DNA of 64,000 nucleotides, taken from NCBI GenBank assembly GCA_010909165.1, contig VJWM01000179.1:310001-374000 (forward strand), read 5' to 3'. The notes beneath the pieces are model-generated. The model ran no database searches and had not been told where the DNA came from. It was given only the letters and a program-made list of their open reading frames with translations. Of the stretch, positions 46,652 through 58,982 are shown piece after piece. The position numbers were made by a program, and so were the translations under genes. This stretch comes from Anthoceros angustus (Eukaryota > Plantae > Anthocerotophyta). Position 1 is the first letter of the stretch. The number at the start of each line of letters is the position of its first letter.

Positions 46652-49600
46652 ATGGCGGCAGACCAGGGTTCTGACCGCTTGCAAGAGAAGGACAGGCTGA
46701 CGCCACACAACTTTGATACCTGGTCCTTCAGAGTTAGATGTATTCTTGAGGAGAAACTCTTGATGGATGTTGCTGACGGGACGATTCCGGAGAGGGCTGC
46801 CGGTCAGCCATCTGGTACATTGACACCAAGAGGAGTTAACTATGTGCCTTGGACACAGAAGGACGAACTTGAATGGAATCACAAGAACAGAAAAGCAAAA
46901 GCCATACTGGTTGGATCAGTCTCGCAAGAGGTGATCCCTCATATAAAGCTTGCCAAGCATGGAAGTGATGTCTGGACTTTGCTGAATGATACATATGAAG
47001 CGAAAGATATGATCTCTGTAGGAGCAGCCACACACCACTGGCAATCCCTGCGTATGAAAGAAAATGAATCTGTAGAGAGTTTTGTTGCCAAGTTCAGAGC
47101 AGCAAGGGCAAGGCTTGCATCATGTGGTGTCATCATTGATGAAAGTAGAGTCAGTCCAATTCTTGCTGAGCCTCCCTCCAAGCTATGAAATTTGGAGCTC
47201 AAGTATTCAGGCAACAGCAACTATTACTCCTGCAACTGCAACTACCCCAGCAACAACGAACCTAACTGTTCAAAAGCTAGTTGGAGCCCTGCTACAGGCA
47301 GAAGCCAACAGAAAGCATGTGAACAACAAGGGTTCTTCAAGTTCTTCCCACAAGCAGAGTGATACTGCTTTATGGATTGGCCGTGGCAGAGGTCGTGGCA
47401 GAGGAAGGGGGCGTGGCCGTGGAGGTTTTGGTAGGGGCAGAGGACAAACGTTCAAGCCCGAATACAACTCCAGTTCACAGCTGCCCGGGAAGAAGCCTGG
47501 AGTGTGCAATTACTGCCACAAGCCAGGTCATTGGGTTAGAGATTGCAGGACTAAGCAAAGAGACGACGCTGGCAAAGGGAAGTCACATGGAAACGAATGT
47601 GGCAAGAGCTGCAACACCTGGTTTGCTTGTGGCTTGTCTGTCGTCCGTTTCTAAGAGTAAAAATCAGTGGTTCTTAGACAGTGGAGCGTCTAACCACATG
47701 TGTTCCTCTAAGAAGTCCTTTGTGAATTACAGAGTAGCACCCTGCCAACATGCTGTACTTCTGGGAGACAATTCCCATATACCCATTAAAGGTATAGGCT
47801 CAGTGATAGTTACCCTGCAGAATGGAAAGACATGGGAGTTAGAAAATGTACTTCATGTCCCAGCACTCAAGAAAAACCTTGTTAGTACTATGGCCTTAGG
47901 TAAAACAGGTCAGTACAGAATTTTGTTTGAAGGTTTAGAGTGTGCTATCACTAGATTGAGTTCACCCTCAGATGTCATAGCTAGAGGTACACCTCTGTAT
48001 GACTTGTATATCCTTGATTTTGTCCCGGATGTCCAACCTAGATCTGTTCATGTCGCAGAGTCTACAATTGACAAAGCACAAGCAGCTTTCAGATGACATT
48101 GTAGGCTAGGCCATCCAAACATCAAAGCAATGAGGCGTTTGCTAAAGGACATGATGGTTACCGGTTTCTCTGAATCAGACTTGCCACATCTTGAGCTGTG
48201 TGTGGCCGTGTCCATGGAAAACAATTCAAATCACACTTTGGATCTGGTAAACCACGAAAAACAACTGAAGTTTTAGATCTGGTTCATACGGATATCTGTG
48301 GCCCTATGTCCACACCGAGTTGGGGAGGTGCCAAGTACTTTGTTGTGTTCGAAGATGACAAAACACATTTTACTGTTACGGAGCTGTTGAAGCATAAAAG
48401 TGATGTGTTTGATAGCTTCAAATGTTATCTGGCTTATGCTGAACGCCAGACTGGCTATAAGTTGAAGTGTATCAGATCAGATAATGGGAAGGAGTACCTA
48501 TCATTAGCATTCCAAGAATTCTGTCAGGAGCGTGGAATTACCAGGCAGCTCACTATCCCGTATCACTCAGACATGAATGGCAGAGCAGAGCGTAGACATC
48601 GGACCATACAAGACGCAGCTAGAGCTCTTTTGTTTCAGGGGAGGCTGCCCATACATTTTGGCGAGGAGGCGATGGTGGCTACTGCTCGATTCGGATTCTT
48701 TGTTTCTTCTCTTCCGAATGTTACCCCCTTTGAGTCTTGGACAGGAGTGAAGCCTGATATCTCCCACCTTCGGGTTTTTGGTAGTACTGTCTACGCACAC
48801 ATTCCCGATAAGCTTAGACAGAAGTTTTCTTTCAAATCTAAAAGACATGTGTTTATTGGGTACACACCAGGGATTCACGGCTACAAACTGTTTGAACCAG
48901 TTTCTCGCAAAGTTATTCATGCACGCACGGTTGCCTTTGATGAACTGCCTGTCCTTAAGCCTCCTGCAGATTTTAGTGTTGATACTCTTGATACAGACGT
49001 AGACACAGTAGATCAGCCACCAGCTGATGCTATGGTAGACTTGAATGAATCTGACTTTACTGACATAGTGGAATTCCCTACCTTTGATGCTTCTGATGTC
49101 CCAGATCCTGTTGAGATCGGCCCTGTTCCAGGCCCTTTACCTGCCATTCCACCAGACCCTTCTGTACCAATTGATCCTGACCCTCCTGATCCTCCTTCTG
49201 TTGCTGATGATGCTCCAGCATCTGATGAGGCAGCTCCAGTGCCTGTGCCTCCTCTTGGTCAGTCTGCTGAGCCTGATGTTGATGATCCCGTGGAGTATGT
49301 TATGCCTCCACCGAGGCGGTCTGCCAGGGTCCATAGAGGACGAGATCAGTGGATGGAACAGCCTTATGAGGCTGAGGACTGGCGCACTAGGAGAGTGCCT
49401 CGAGCAGTGGGAGTAGATCTCACTGAGATAGTGGGAGAGTTTGTGCACCTGGCTGTTCAACCTGGCCATGAGCCTCAGTCCTACAAGGAAGCTGTCACAG
49501 GCCCTGAATCTCGTCACTGGATAGCTGCTATCACATCCGAGTATGACTCCCTTCTTTACAACCAGACTTGGGAGCTCTGTCCCCCGCCTATGGGGAGGAA

Positions 49601-50970
49601 GATCGTCAGCAGCAAGTGGGTGTTTAAACTGAAGTACAAAGCTGACGGAACAATAGCGAGGTACAAAGCTCGTCTAGTTGCTAGAGGGTTCTCTCAAGTG
49701 CCGGGGTTAGACTATCATGATACCTTCTCTCCGGTTGTCAAGGCACAGTCTCTTCGTGCCCTGTTTGCTATGTCAGCTTTCTTCAACTGTTCATCCATCA
49801 AATGGATGTGAAGACCGCGTTCTTACATGGTAAGCTGGACGAAGAGATTTATATGCAGCAGCCCGAAGGCTATGAGGTAAAAGGGCGTGAGGACTGGGTT
49901 TGTAAGCTATTAAAAACAATCTATGGTCTAAAGCAGTCACCAAGGGCCTGGTATCAATGCATCGACGAGTTCTTACGTGATCTCGGTTTCAAGAAGAGTG
50001 ATGCTGATTCGAATGTATACTTTCTGCAACATGAAACAGGCTATGTGGTGTTAGCTTTATATGTAGATGATTGCATCTTACTTGGCACAGACCTTGAAGG
50101 CATAAATAAGGTGAAAGGTCTCTTATCTGGTAGATTTGACATGGTGGACGTTGGGGAGCTCTCATATTGTCTAGGCACCCAACTCCTGCGAGACCAGTCC
50201 AATGGCACGTTGATCATTCATCAAGAAAAATATATCTTTGATATGCTGTACAAATACAAGCTTACAGACGCTAAACCTGCTGCAACCCCCATGGAGGCTG
50301 GTAGTAGGTTAACACATGAACTTTCTCCAGTGACTGAATCTGAGAAGCTGGAGATGGTGAGTGTACCTTATGCTCAAGCTGTTGGTTCCTTATATTTTGT
50401 TCAAACCACACAAGGCCAGATATATCACTGCCTGTAAGTATGACATCTCAATTCCTCAAACAGCCTGGAAGGTCTCATTGGACTGCTGTGAAAAGAATCC
50501 TGAGGTACCTTAAGGGTACTAGCAATCACGGCATTCACTATACTAAGCGACAGTATGAAGAGGAGCCACTTATCTTGATTGGGTGTGTGGACCGATCGAA
50601 AGCAAACCCACTCGAGGAAAATCGTCACCACGTGTTTTCTTTGGTGGAGGTGCCATCACCTGGTCATCTAAGAAACAAACCACAGTCTCATTATCCTCTA
50701 CAGAGTCTGAGTACTATGCGCTTACTCAAGCAGCCAAGGAAGCTATCTGGCTTAGAAGGCTTCAAGGACTTAGGACAGGAGCAGACGCAGCCCACAACAA
50801 TTTTCTGTGACAGCACAGGTGCCTTGTCCCTTGCAGAAAATCCGGTTTTCCATGCGCGGACTAAGCATATTGAAGTACACCATCACTTTATCCGTGAAGC
50901 TGTGTCTTCAGGCCAGATACACCTGGATTACATTCCTAAGGTAAACACTTACAACTTAAAGAAGCCTTAG
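46652..50970 (+). pseudogene. Copia gag-pol polyprotein with frameshifts and a stop
   Basis: NFDTWSFRVRCIL, CNYCHKPGHWVRDC, WFLDSGASNHM, (W to stop)HCRLGHP, LVHTDICGP, IRSDNGKEY, RYKARLVARGFSQ, MDVKTAFLHG, YVDD, FCDSTGA, HARTKHIEVHHHFIRE. Confidence 0.95.
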
Positions 50971-51150
50971 GAGTCTTGGACTCCTCTTACCTTTCAAGCT
51001 AGAGAGGTAGATAGTCCTGATTGTCAGTGTCACAGAGTGTTTCATTTACGAGATCTAGAAGGCCACTGATTCAGATCCTTGTCTGACCCTGAGTTACTAC
51101 TGTCATGTTCACTAAAGAACAAACTATGTCTATCTCTATTCTGACCTCTT

Positions 51151-51747
51151 TCACAGTAGCTCTAGATAATTAGGGTCGAAATCGTGTTCTGTAGGTTCTT
51201 CATCAGTGTCTTCGTCCTCAGTTGGGTAGTCCACTCCTGCTTCCTCATGCATCCTCTGCTGAGACACTGCAAGGAGCATGTGACACTGCAGTCATAAGGT
51301 GAGTCCACTTAGCATTCTCAAGTCACAACAATAGTGTGCAGAAAAATCAGAGATGAGCTTGTGGCTTACTGTAAAAAGAGATGAAGTTCCTGCCTTCCAC
51401 CCCACCGAACCCGCCTCTCTCACCATGGCAATTTTAGTAATCGTGCAGACGTAAGCCTCAGGAGTGAGTGGATCGTTGATCCCGTTGCCGTCAGTTAGCA
51501 GCCTTACAGTCCTAGTCCTGTGCCCTCGAGGTAGTGTGTAGGGCCTCGGGTTGTGCGGTGCAGGTAACACAACGTACTCGTCCTCTTCCTGTGGTGGAGT
51601 TTTTACTGCATTCAAAGGACCATGAGGTGAGAAGTGGTTGTATCTGTAAGTGGGAGCAACAACAGGAGGTGCTTCTTCGTCTTCAGATGAGCTGTCTAGA
51701 GCAATTGGCTGGCGAGCTGAACCCAAGGAAGCGCCGTTGTTCACCAT
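51151..51747 (-). CDS. Predicted spliced antisense gene inside the Copia (exons 51747-51370 and 51285-51151; ~170 aa, acidic)
   Basis: Donor ACA|GTAAGC, 84-nt intron, acceptor TGACTGCAG|, phase 0. Exon 2 reads CHMLLAVSQQRMHEEAGVDYPTEDEDTDEEPTEHDFDPNYLELL then stop. Confidence 0.55.
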
Positions 51748-54008
51748 CTCCACAGACAGGTAAGGAGCTCAGGCCCTGGGCAAATCATACTGAGCTCGGA
51801 AGTTCAACCTGGGGCCTTATGCTGAGCCTGTGGGAGTAATGCCGCACGAGACTAGTAGCTGCACGCGAGCGAAGTAAGGTTCTCGCGTTTTCCTGTCACG
51901 CTCAAGTGTTCGAGTGTTCGGTTCGGACAGGTTCAGTGAATGACGTGTGCTTATACGACTAAGACATACACAATGAGTGGGAGTGTTAAGAAAATAAATG
52001 CTTATTATATACATTGTTAGTATGTACTTAGGGTTAGTTCCCTCTAGGTAGTTAGGTTATTGCTTGTGGTTGTAACCGCTTGTGACTTAGGTACATATGT
52101 AGAGACTTGTGTCACATATAATACAATCGATCTTATCTGTGTCTTGTTGAAGTTGTGAACGCGCGTAGAACTTTTCAGATTCCTTGTCTCCAATGTCATG
52201 GCCTTATAGGACCGCTTGTTGTAAAAATCTTGCCCTTGTCCCCAACGATGTGTGGAGTCGCCAGATGTAAGTGCCATATGGGGCTATCCCTAAATGATTC
52301 GTTGTCTCCAATGTCAAGGCCTCATAGGACCACCTGTTGTAAAAATCTTGCCCTTGTCTCCAACGATGTGTGAAGTCGTCTGATGTAAGTGCCATGTGGG
52401 ACTAATCCTCAATGAATCTCTTGTCTTCAATTTCATGTTCTTGTGGGGCCACTGATTGTAAAAATCTTCAATGTCATTTTCGTGTGTGGCTACTGATTGT
52501 AAGAATCTTCAATTTCATGTTCTTGTGGGGCCACTGATTGTAAAAATCTTCAATTTCATGTTCTTGTGGGGCCACTAATTGTAAAAATCTAGCCATTGTC
52601 TTCCACGATGTGGAAGATCGCTTGATGTAAGAGCCTATGGGGCTACTCCTCAACGAATCCTTGTATGGAATTTCATCCCTTTGTCTCCAATTTCATGATC
52701 TTATGGGACCGCCCATAGTAAAAATTTTACCCTCGTCCCCCGGGGTGTGCGGGATCAGGTAACTTAAGTGTCCTACGTGGCTCCTCCTGAATGAGTCCCT
52801 TGTGCGGGGCTTCAATGTAATTCTTAATAGATGGCCTGATTTAAGTGCCTTAGTAGACCTGTCTGGAATGAGTCCCTTGTGCCGGGCTTCAAAGTAACTT
52901 TTAATAGATGGCGTGATTTAAGTGTCCTACGGGACTCGGGAATGAATCCCTTGTGCGGGCTTCGATGTAACTTTAATATTTCTGTAAAAAATTGTGAAAT
53001 CATTAAAAAATTTATTTATCTCTTGTTATTAAATAGAACATACACTAAGGAACATGAAGCGGCGGAAATTGACCCGAAGTGTCGAGCCGACTCAAATTTA
53101 CTAGAACGTCTAGTTACATGTGTTGGCAAGGAGATAACCCTATTGGAGAGTGCTCGCATGAAGGGTACCCGAAAAAGTACAAAATACACATGCAGGCAAG
53201 ACGTTCCACCGTGCCAGCCAAGAATTGAGCCAAGTCAGCTGAAACTGGGCACCGCACGGATGCCCAGAGCTCGGGCCTTGAGCTCGCCAGTCGTCGCATT
53301 CTCATTCTCGGTGGCCCCACACACAGCGACTGGCAATTCGTGCCTCAGATCTTGCCTGCGCCTGTTCCGCTACACACCGTCTGTCGAAGCGGTGCACGGC
53401 GCATACGCTGCTGACCTTAAGTCCTTGGCATCTTTGTCGCTGTTCGCTGTTAGTGGACGCACATTGATTAGAGAAGTTGTCAGCGGGATTCGTCCAGCAA
53501 TTCAGGTGCGTTTCGCTGCATTTTTTGTGCTATTCTGCATCAGACCTGGCCAGATGTTAGCGATCTTTCCTGGTAGTTTAGTTAAAGTTTCTCGGTGGGC
53601 CTGTGGTGGAGGAACGTTTGACACTAGCAATGAAGGTGCAGGTGGCTGGTTTTAGATCTGAGAGGTTGTGTTAATTTCGTGGGAGATATCTGCAGCTGTC
53701 TGCAGTCACCTATACATCAACAGAGTAGTGAATTGCAATTTTGTGCACTTGGAGAAAGAGAGAGAGAGCTCCTAGGAGAGACTTTAGGGTTGCTGGTTTC
53801 GGTCTTCGGAAATTCCTCTCCATTTGTTTCACAGGATTTCTTCACCGTGGTCGTGCTCTGCAGGGCAAAATAACAGGTGATTCAAGAGGTCAGAGTAATG
53901 CACGCAACAATCAGTAATTCTTTGTCAGGTGGTTGATCCAACGTCTTTTCCTAAATATGCATTCTCTGGAAGTGGATATCTGAAATGGACTGTGATTCAC
54001 AACTCCTT

Positions 54009-54072
54009 GAGGTGACAATTCCCGGAGGTGACAATTTCTGGAGGTGACAATTTCTGGAGGTGACAATTTCCG
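54009..54072. repeat. 16-bp tandem repeat x4
   Basis: GAGGTGACAATT(T/C)C(T/C)G, four copies upstream of the DGAT1 ATG. Confidence 0.9.
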
Positions 54073-54346
54073 GACCTGTTCGCAGGTGGAGTCGTCATTT
54101 CACCCTGCAGAACACTGGGGATAACAAATTCTGCCGGCTAGATGAGCTGACATTTATTACAACGATCTACAGGTACGAAGGAACTAGCTGCTCAGTGCCT
54201 GCTCATCTGTTTGAGTTGAGGGAATTGCGTGCTTTTCTACTACATGGAGTGGGTTCACAGTGTGGCTTGACCTTCAGGATCCTCATATCTGTATCCTCTT
54301 CAGCAGTTTTGCCACTTGCTTGTTGGGGTGCTGTTCCTGCGATTTT

Positions 54347-57300
54347 ATGATGGGGGCAACTCATGAGGGGGAGAGTGTCCGGCAGCGGCGGAAAAAGAAT
54401 GCACCGGCAAATAGCGAGAATGCCTCTGTGGACGAGGTTGCCCAGGAAACTGAGTCACCAGCTGTCGAATCTGTGGGAACTTCCTATGGGAATGGTTCCA
54501 AAAAGTTCTCATTCAGGCCCTCGTTCCCTGCCCATAGAAAATCACGAGAGAGTCCCCTCAGTTCAGATGCGATTTTTAAACAGGTGCCATTGCAATACTT
54601 TGCTTTCTTCATTTTGGCGTTGCTTTCTTTTAACAACTGTCAGGGCCTCTTTTTCAAGGGTTTATTCTGTTAAATCATCAGCATGTTGCAGAGTCATGCA
54701 GGTTTGTTCAACCTATGTGTGGTCGTCCTTCTCGCTGTCAATTCCAGGTTGATCATTGAAAACATGATGAAGGTATAGCACCTTTTCAATTTATTGTCTT
54801 CAATCTGTTCGGCTGTTCTGCAGCTCATCAGAGTACTGGAATTGACGCACTGCAGTGATTCCTCTTTGCAGTATGGAATCTTAATGCAATCTGGCTTTTG
54901 GTTCAGCTCCAAAGCATTGAGGGATTGGCCCCTGTTCATGTGTGGGTAATGACACTAAGGACCTCAAAGTTTTACTGTGAAGATGAATGATACATGTACA
55001 TGCTTTGACAGGCAATCCTCCCTTTGACAGGTTGAGCCTCCCTGTGTTTCCATTTTTGGCTCTTATGGTTGAGAAGCTGAAAGCTCGATATCCAATCATT
55101 CCAGAGCAGGTATGGAAAACAGTCAGGTGTTGGAAGAGTATGAAATGTTGAACAGATACATGTTTGTCAATCCAAGCGCCTAATGACAACGGGGCTGAAG
55201 CTCATGGACTCTCATTGCTGGCAGATAGTAGCTCTTGCTCATGCAGTCATAAGCTCAGGATCAATTTTATACCCAGCATACGTGATTTACAGGTTAGTTC
55301 ATTGCCTTAGGACAGCCTTTTCTTTGTTAATTCTGAGGAGGCAAAAGTGCTTGTGTCTGTCGATAAACCTCACTGGGTTAATCTGATAGTATTCCCATGC
55401 TTCTGTTCATTCAGGGTACAATCAGCCCTTCTCTTCTGTTTCGGGCTTGTCCTCCTTGCCATAACCACTTGGATGAAGCTAGTCTCGTATGCACATACCA
55501 ACTATGATGTGCGAGCTCTAAAGTCTGATGGCTTGATGGTAGGTCTCCTTGTCCGTATGTGTGAACCGCAGTCTGACTCTCTGATTGTGTTCTGGATCGA
55601 TGTTGGATGTTGTATTGTACTTGCCGTTCAGTGCTGATTTCACATTCTCTTTAATGTCTACTTGGATACTGGAATGCCATTGCCAGAAGTTAAGCAGGTG
55701 CCCAAAATATGGTGATCATTTGCATTGTGCAACTCATGCCCAGTTGTGCTTTGTGGGTGTTGTTCCTCTGTGTGAATTGTCTTCTTTGCTGGTTTTGCAC
55801 GCAGCCAGATCTGCCAGCTGATCTGCCTCAGGTTGAGTATCCAGACAATATCAATTTGGAAAACATAGCCTACTTCATGGTTGCACCAACTTTGTGTTAC
55901 CAGGTGAGCAGAACCTTGCAGAGGTGCTATCCAAGCGTAGCATGCAAGTTGCAAATCTTATTATCGATCAGTCTCCTTCCCCTGATTCTGGATGTTACGT
56001 TTTACACTGATGTGAGAACTAATGTTTTTGCAGCTCAGCTATCCAAAATCAGATGAGATCCGTCCAGGCTGGGTCCTTCGCCAAACCGTGAAGCTGTTCA
56101 TTTTCATGGGCCTAATGGGGTTCATAATAGAGCAGGTGAGCTGTTATGCAGTCTAAGTTTCAGGTTTTGATGGTGGTATGCTCATGCAAAGTACAGTTGT
56201 GGTTCCCCACTAATATGGAACTGAATTAATGCATTATTGCAGTATATCAATCCAACAGTCAAGAATTCTCAGCATCCTTTGAAGGGCAACTATCTCAACG
56301 CTATAGAGAGGATCTTGAAACTCTCTATTCCTACCCTTTATGTCTGGCTCTGCATGTTCTACTGCATCTTTCACCTCTGGTAAGCGCAACAGTGTGGAGG
56401 ATTTTGGAGTTGTAGTTGCATGTCGCCTGAAGTTTGAGCAAACTTTTATGCAAGTGCTTTTGGCTAAGAGGGAGTCTGTCTCCAGGCTCAACATATTAGC
56501 AGAGATCACTTGGTTTGGAGATAGAGAGTTCTATAAGGATTGGTGGAATGCGAAGACTGTGGAAGAGGTAATCAACGCTTGATAGTAGGATTGTGTCCTC
56601 GTAGTCTTTCCCATTGTTGGTGAGGGACACTGCTTGCCCTTAGGCTTTTCTTGAGCAGTCTTAACAACCTGATCTTACTTTCTATGTTGTCTGTGGGGGC
56701 ATCTTGTGGATCGTTGCACGCGTCAATTTTCAGTATTGGCGGATGTGGAATATGGTAAGACAATCGACGCCTGTTTACTTCAGCCGTCGTTGTCCTGCTT
56801 ATTCCTACAGCTGAAGCTAAAATCTTATCCCTGACGTATGCCTGTGCTGGATGCAGCCAGTACATAGGTGGATGGTTCGCCACATTTACTTCCCTTGTCT
56901 TGGACAGGGTATTCCTCGGGTACGTGTTGAGAACACCAGATCTTGCTCTTTACCAGACCTTATTGGACTCATAATGGACACTGGTTCTGGATGATCCTAG
57001 CAGAGATTGCCACACTCTGCAAGTGCTAGGTTCGGTCTCCTTATACGGGGTGCAAGTCTTTTCACTAATTACTTTGTATTTCGACTCCTATGTGAGCAGG
57101 AACTCGCGTTGGTGATTGTATTTGCGGTTTCTGGTTTATTTCATGAGGTACGAGTTGGTTATTGCTAAGTATAGCACAAAGCGGTTGCCTAATCTCTTGC
57201 TCCGGGTTAGATAAAGTGCAGAATCAAGACCCCAGGAACTGAACTCGTTGGGTTGGTGAATTATGACAGCTTTGTATTGGAATCCCTTGCCACATGGTGA

Positions 57301-57716
57301 GGGGCTGGGCTTTCCTAGGCATTCTATTGCAGGTATGTTTTGATGAACTGTAGGCTGTGTCTTGTCTGCACTGAGTCTTTGTACAGCGCCAGCTTATGGC
57401 TAGTGATGTGTTGCAGGTCCCTTTGGTGGTGATCACCAGGTATCTACAGAGGAGATTTTCGAATGACATGGTGAGCATTAGTCAGATAATGTCAATGTCC
57501 TTCAGCACTTGAAACTGTTGGCCAGAGACCTTCTGGCTCTGACCACCTGTTATGCTTCAACTGCAGCTTGGGAACATGGTGTTTTGGTTCTTTTTCTGTA
57601 TCGTGGGGCAGCCCATGTGCGTCCTCCTATACTACCATGACTTTGCCAATTCGCAGCAAGCGCATAACTTGACTGCAGACTACCGAAAATTGTATGAAGG
57701 CACGGGCCCCTTCTAG
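54347..57716 (+). CDS. DGAT1: Diacylglycerol O-acyltransferase 1 (MBOAT), multi-exon
   Basis: RPSFPAHRKSRESPLSSDAIFKQSHAGLFNLC, RLIIENMMKYG, WMKLVSYAHTNYDVR, YFMVAPTLCYQ, FGDREFYKDWWNAK, YWRMWNMPVHRW, VSGLFHE, GQPMCVLLYYHD. Confidence 0.97.
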
Positions 57717-58982
57717 AACCACATTTCTGTGAGCTACAACAGTCGGAGCCCGGACGGGCTGTGCATTTTCATCACCAATGAAGTACATAAACGGGGGTGA
57801 GTGTGCTGGGCATGAGCGCAAGTGTGTACATCGAAGGTACTACGGCTGCATTTCCAGGGTGGAGTTATGGCCGTTCATCACTCATGTTAAATGACACAAG
57901 TCAATGTATCATCACGGAGCCAGCCTCAGGTTATCTGGCTGGAAAGCACGGCGGGCTGTGCGCTCCAACGAGGTACCATGAATCTGGCTCTCAGATTCAA
58001 GTGTTTTTGTCAGAACATGATGAAGACAAAACGCATGATGCTGCTCGCTTGCAAATCGATACTCCATGGCCATAAATGCCGGCTCGTACGACCGGGAGTG
58101 CCATCAACCGTTGGGACACCGGGATGGACGGAGAACCAGAACTTCCGCCCGGCTTTCGGGCTAGTAAACCCTAGTCAGTATCGCACGGTTCTGGCACATG
58201 GTTCTTGGAGTTCGCATTTGTCGCTTTGCACCCTAGTTGGGAGCTACCTTATGGAAGGAATATGAAGATAATATAGGGCGTTTAACCGCAAGGTTTGAAT
58301 GCGGACTGGGCTATCTAGCACTTCTAGTTGCGTATACCTACCTTGTGTCCATCGGCCATTTGTGGGAAACGAGGATAGCACGGTTAAGAATGACGCGCGG
58401 TTAGGCGCACACCGTTGACGAGGGATGGATGTGCCGTCCGACAATTGGAGGAGGTTGCACTTCGTGATACGTGGCCTAAATAGGCCGTACCCGCAGCCTT
58501 AATGGCCATGGGGTATCGATGGGAAAGCATGCTGCAGCGCTCACTCGAAATTGGCTGGCATCTGAGGCGCAGAGGCGAAATGATGGAAGGCTGGAAGTCA
58601 TGAAAGAGAGCCTCGGTTATTCGTACATCACCTTCCTCCACAGGACTTAAAGCTTTGGCAGCGGACAGTTGGAACTTTTGAGTGGAAAAGGAAAGTGATG
58701 AAAATGGCACTTTCTCGCCGATGCCTACACGTATTTGGAACGCAGAAGACGGAAGGAAATAAATGAGTCGATGGAGACAAGTTCGGATGCGAGAATTCTG
58801 TCAAGGCATGATTTCGAGCGAATTACAAATGTACAGCGGCCAAGGGAGCCACATTGCAGTGTACATAATTCCTACTTAGGGGCGTGTTGTTCTAAGAATT
58901 GGTTTGTCACCAAATTGACTACCTATCTAAGCTGGAGTTAGATGCTAGCTAACAAAAATGAAGGGGCGTCCACTTGAGGACG

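Larger units (their letters stand above)
45728..52177 (+). mobile_element. Full-length Ty1/Copia LTR retrotransposon (6450 bp)
   Basis: 194-bp LTRs at 45728-45921 and 51984-52177 (TG...CA, 3 mismatches seen). TSD GATTC at 45723-45727 and 52178-52182. PBS TGGTATCAGAGC at 45922-45933, PPT GAGTGGGAG, domain order gag-PR-IN-RT-RH. Confidence 0.98.
45380..52970. repeat. Degenerate ~120-bp tandem array (45380-45727 and 52178-52970), split by the Copia insertion
   Basis: Recurring TGTCTCCAATTTCATG, GTAAAAATCTTGCCCTTGTC and GATGTAAGTGCCATATGG on both sides of the element. Confidence 0.8.

Noticed and set aside
53075-53113. Helitron 3' end (hairpin plus CTAG)
   Set aside because: The stem is only ~4 bp and no 5' end could be identified.
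52879-53655. 258-aa ORF upstream of DGAT1
   Set aside because: Begins at a non-ATG codon inside the repeat array and runs through probable promoter/5'UTR; no homology evident.
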